From the sequence record MN445185.1: 64,000 bases of DNA. One strand, 5' to 3'. Source of the stretch: Escherichia phage vB_EcoM_EC001. A program made the position numbers and the translations under genes. Shown here one piece after another: positions 63,138 to 64,000 of the stretch; the stretch's first letter is position 1; every line of letters begins with the position of its first letter. A model generated the notes under the pieces. That model had not been told where the DNA came from and searched no databases. It was given only the letters and a program-made list of their open reading frames with translations.

Positions 63138-64000
63138 ATGGGGTTGTATACAGAACCTTCAATGGAACTGCTCTGCCAACAAATTGTGCGTGACAATCCC
63201 GGTTTAGCAGGAAAAATCACCGCTGACTCCATTGGGGTCAGGGGTGTTCCTGTTGCGAGAAACGTTAACGGACGAAACACACAGATTACGTTGGTAGGAA
63301 AACCCGGTAAAGGATTTGCTGGGGAAATAACGGTATATTACGACCGGTTGAATCTGGCCAGTCTGTTCAAGTCTGGCCCGAATATGGTGAGTATTCCACG
63401 TAGCGCACAAACCCATGCGGAAGCGTTACCGGCGTTCAATGAATTGAACGGGTTGAACTTAACCGCGAGTGATATCACCAGTCCAAACGTTGCATTAATG
63501 AAATACGCTACGCCGGAAACTGTAACTCTGACGGCGCACGCTAACTCCTTGTGCTATACCGGGTCATGCAAGATGACCTATGTTTACGAACCGATTGCGA
63601 TGTATCCGAAGTCGGGTCCTGGGCCAAAAGGATTAATGGCTGGTAATGAGTTATACGGATTCTTTGGGCTGGTAAGCGCGGAAGAGTTATTCACATCTGA
63701 TGAAATGGTGTATGCACTCTATAACGGCACCAACTGGCCTAACCGCTACGCTATCAAGTGGCTCAAATTCTTTCTGAATGGGGCGGTAGTGTTTGTTCCG
63801 ACCCGTGCGATTTGCAACGTTACCTGGGCAGACCTGTACAACAATGGTGCAATATTTGATTCCGGAGACGCAGGACCTCGCCCGAAGTCGACTTACACAC
63901 CTGTCGATGTTGAACAGTTGAAATACATGGTAAAACGGGATGATGAAGGAACGCATTATTTCAGAATGTCTATCCCGTATTACACCGAGAACGCCGCCGC
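63138..64000 (+). CDS. paralogue-family protein P11 (N-module A + C-module B), 3'-truncated by window end
   Basis: ITVYYDRLNLASLF; YPKSGPGPKGLMAGNELYGFFG; no stop before window end. Confidence 0.55.
   Translation, partial: MGLYTEPSMELLCQQIVRDNPGLAGKITADSIGVRGVPVARNVNGRNTQITLVGKPGKGFAGEITVYYDRLNLASLFKSGPNMVSIPRSAQTHAEALPAFNELNGLNLTASDITSPNVALMKYATPETVTLTAHANSLCYTGSCKMTYVYEPIAMYPKSGPGPKGLMAGNELYGFFGLVSAEELFTSDEMVYALYNGTNWPNRYAIKWLKFFLNGAVVFVPTRAICNVTWADLYNNGAIFDSGDAGPRPKSTYTPVDVEQLKYMVKRDDEGTHYFRMSIPYYTENAA

Noticed and set aside
1-64000. Integrase, transposase, homing endonuclease or tRNA genes indicating a prophage boundary or mobile insertion
   Set aside because: No tyrosine or serine recombinase motifs, DDE transposase, HNH or GIY-YIG endonuclease, or tRNA-like sequences were recognised; the window looks like internal lytic-phage genome.

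Overview
This window is a densely packed, almost entirely plus-strand stretch of a large tailed-phage genome; only two long genes (6176-7738, 16151-18895) are on the minus strand. I could support about 95 coding regions, 20 rho-independent terminators (many with a UUCG tetraloop) and 8 copies of a conserved promoter-like element that sits just after a terminator. The strongly codon-optimised genes use enterobacterial optimal codons, suggesting an E. coli-like host; the promoter element contains a TATATTAC core that I recall being reported for phiKZ-like jumbo phage early promoters, so a jumbo phage is plausible but not established. Recognisable products: a 766-aa abundant structural protein (capsid or sheath candidate), a 914-aa portal candidate, a RuvC-family resolvase, Dam methyltransferase, thymidylate kinase, at least four GNAT acetyltransferases, an HTH regulator, a SLOG-like protein and a PP-loop ATPase-like protein. 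The most unusual items are: (1) a tandem array of at least 11 modular paralogous genes at 53.6-64 kb, with one further member at 44 kb, that looks like a shuffled fibre or receptor-binding repertoire; (2) a 75-aa ORF that is an unmistakable N-terminal fragment of the host unfoldase HslU, ending right after the Walker A motif; (3) a perfect 270-bp in-frame tandem duplication covering the ribosome-binding site and 5' end of a gene; (4) an acetyltransferase-rich accessory island that includes Dam. Most proteins have no assignable function from sequence alone, and all homology statements are from manual motif reading, not database searches.
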